A stretch of 64,000 bases of DNA, taken from the IMG/VR virus record IMGVR_UViG_3300045135_002615, positions 1 to 64,000 of that record. One strand, 5' to 3'. This document shows positions 62,897 to 64,000 of this stretch, piece by piece (the stretch's first letter is position 1; each line of letters begins with the position of its first letter). Under the pieces are notes generated by a model. The model was given only the letters and a program-made list of their open reading frames with translations, ran no database searches and had not been told where the DNA came from. The position numbers were made by a program, and so were the translations under genes.

Positions 62897-64000
62897 TTAA
62901 GCCGCACCACCATCGGTCTCCCAAATGATGAACCCGTCACGCCTCATTGTGAAGAAGTAATTCCATTGGAATTTATTGCCGTCAGTGTTCTGTATGAGCT
63001 CCATGTAGGGGAGAACACTTGAGGCGTTGTACACGGTAGTCGCACTCGATCCTCCATCATCTGCCCTCACCTCAAAGTACACCTCTACATCAGTAGCGTC
63101 ACCTTGAACCTCTAGTTGAAGCTGATGTCTCGTACCTAGTTGGAGCAACCAACTCGCCTGTGCTTCATTATCGGGGTTGAGCTTAGTTCCACCAGGGAAC
63201 TGCACATACCCGCCATCAACATAGACATAGGTGTAGTTTGCATCATGGAGATCAGGCTCAAGCCACCCTGTGAAGTCGGTAGACCCATCCGTTCCATTAG
63301 GAGATAGGACTGAAGAGTTATCAGGGGCTGGGCGGAGTCTCATCAAATCCGCATCATCACCCGCATCTGTGTATGTGTACTTGATGTACGCATACAGACG
63401 CACGGTCTCCGTCTTGTTGAAGTCAAAGTGTTGTTCACCATTAAAGGCAAACTTCACCGACTTGGTTAACGATTCAGGTGTGATCGTGTGGAGGTGATAG
63501 AGAGGTAGTGTATCAGCAGGTCCAGGGAATAGCTCCACATAGCTCTCACCCTTCAAGTACTGATAGGGTGACTCATTACTACCTCCGATCTTGAACGCAA
63601 GCTCCATGTCAGGGGGGCTCGTGTCATCAGATTCTGTAGAAGCATAGAGTTGATAGTCTCTGTCCCAGACAAGAGGTCCAATCTTAAAGAACGCATCATT
63701 ATTAGGGTTGTTGTACCCCGCAGTCAGCGTGGGGTGGACGGACAAGTCATTAGAGTCTCCTGTGATGACCTCTACAGGGACAGCACCTTGACTATCGGGC
63801 ATTAAAGTGGTGATGGCGGGATAGTTGAGTGTATTCAGTTGACCCTCATAGATACTGAACAGCTCTTCATCATTCACCGAGTTGGAGTTGTACCTCACCC
63901 CAATGTAGATATAAGGGTCTATGAGCACCTCAGTCTCGGTAGATGTGTCTGTTTGAGTAGGTAGTGAGTCCTCCATAACTAACGTCAAAGAGGTGGTTGT
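62897..64000 (-). CDS. structural protein, 5'-partial (open to window edge)
   Basis: no stop codon between 63988 and 64000 in frame; acidic, beta-rich. Confidence 0.7.
   Translation of the reverse strand, partial: TTTSLTLVMEDSLPTQTDTSTETEVLIDPYIYIGVRYNSNSVNDEELFSIYEGQLNTLNYPAITTLMPDSQGAVPVEVITGDSNDLSVHPTLTAGYNNPNNDAFFKIGPLVWDRDYQLYASTESDDTSPPDMELAFKIGGSNESPYQYLKGESYVELFPGPADTLPLYHLHTITPESLTKSVKFAFNGEQHFDFNKTETVRLYAYIKYTYTDAGDDADLMRLRPAPDNSSVLSPNGTDGSTDFTGWLEPDLHDANYTYVYVDGGYVQFPGGTKLNPDNEAQASWLLQLGTRHQLQLEVQGDATDVEVYFEVRADDGGSSATTVYNASSVLPYMELIQNTDGNKFQWNYFFTMRRDGFIIWETDGGAA

Overview
This 64-kb window looks like part of a large tailed (probably jumbo, myovirus-like) bacteriophage genome, not a cellular chromosome. 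There are no rRNA genes and no CRISPR array. Layout: (1) 1-8.5 kb holds probable head/neck-associated genes. One virion-like protein is broken into three ORFs (5516-6019, 6110-6880, 7824-8453) and is predicted to be reassembled by TWO atypically split inteins with ~34-35-aa N-fragments. A free-standing Vsr/DUF559-type endonuclease sits inside the second split and a 33-aa remnant ORF inside the first. This is the most notable system in the window. (2) 8.5-27.4 kb is an accessory region. It has monocistronic units with their own promoter and terminator, four of the window's five pentapeptide-repeat genes (the fifth is at 4082), an HNH nuclease, a fused restriction-methyltransferase, a Dam-like methylase, six tRNAs plus two ~50-nt tRNA-like minigenes, a metallophosphoesterase, an Nmad1-like domain and an SspB-like ClpXP adaptor of deltaproteobacterial/myxobacterial type (a host clue). 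(3) 27.4-41.0 kb (minus strand) is a tail module: tube, chaperones, tape measure, tube-initiator-like pair, hub and spike. (4) 41.9-44.8 kb is a SNF2-type helicase with a full-length LAGLIDADG intein. (5) 46.6-64 kb (minus strand) encodes very large baseplate/fibre-like structural proteins. All functional calls come from motifs read by eye; no database searches were run.
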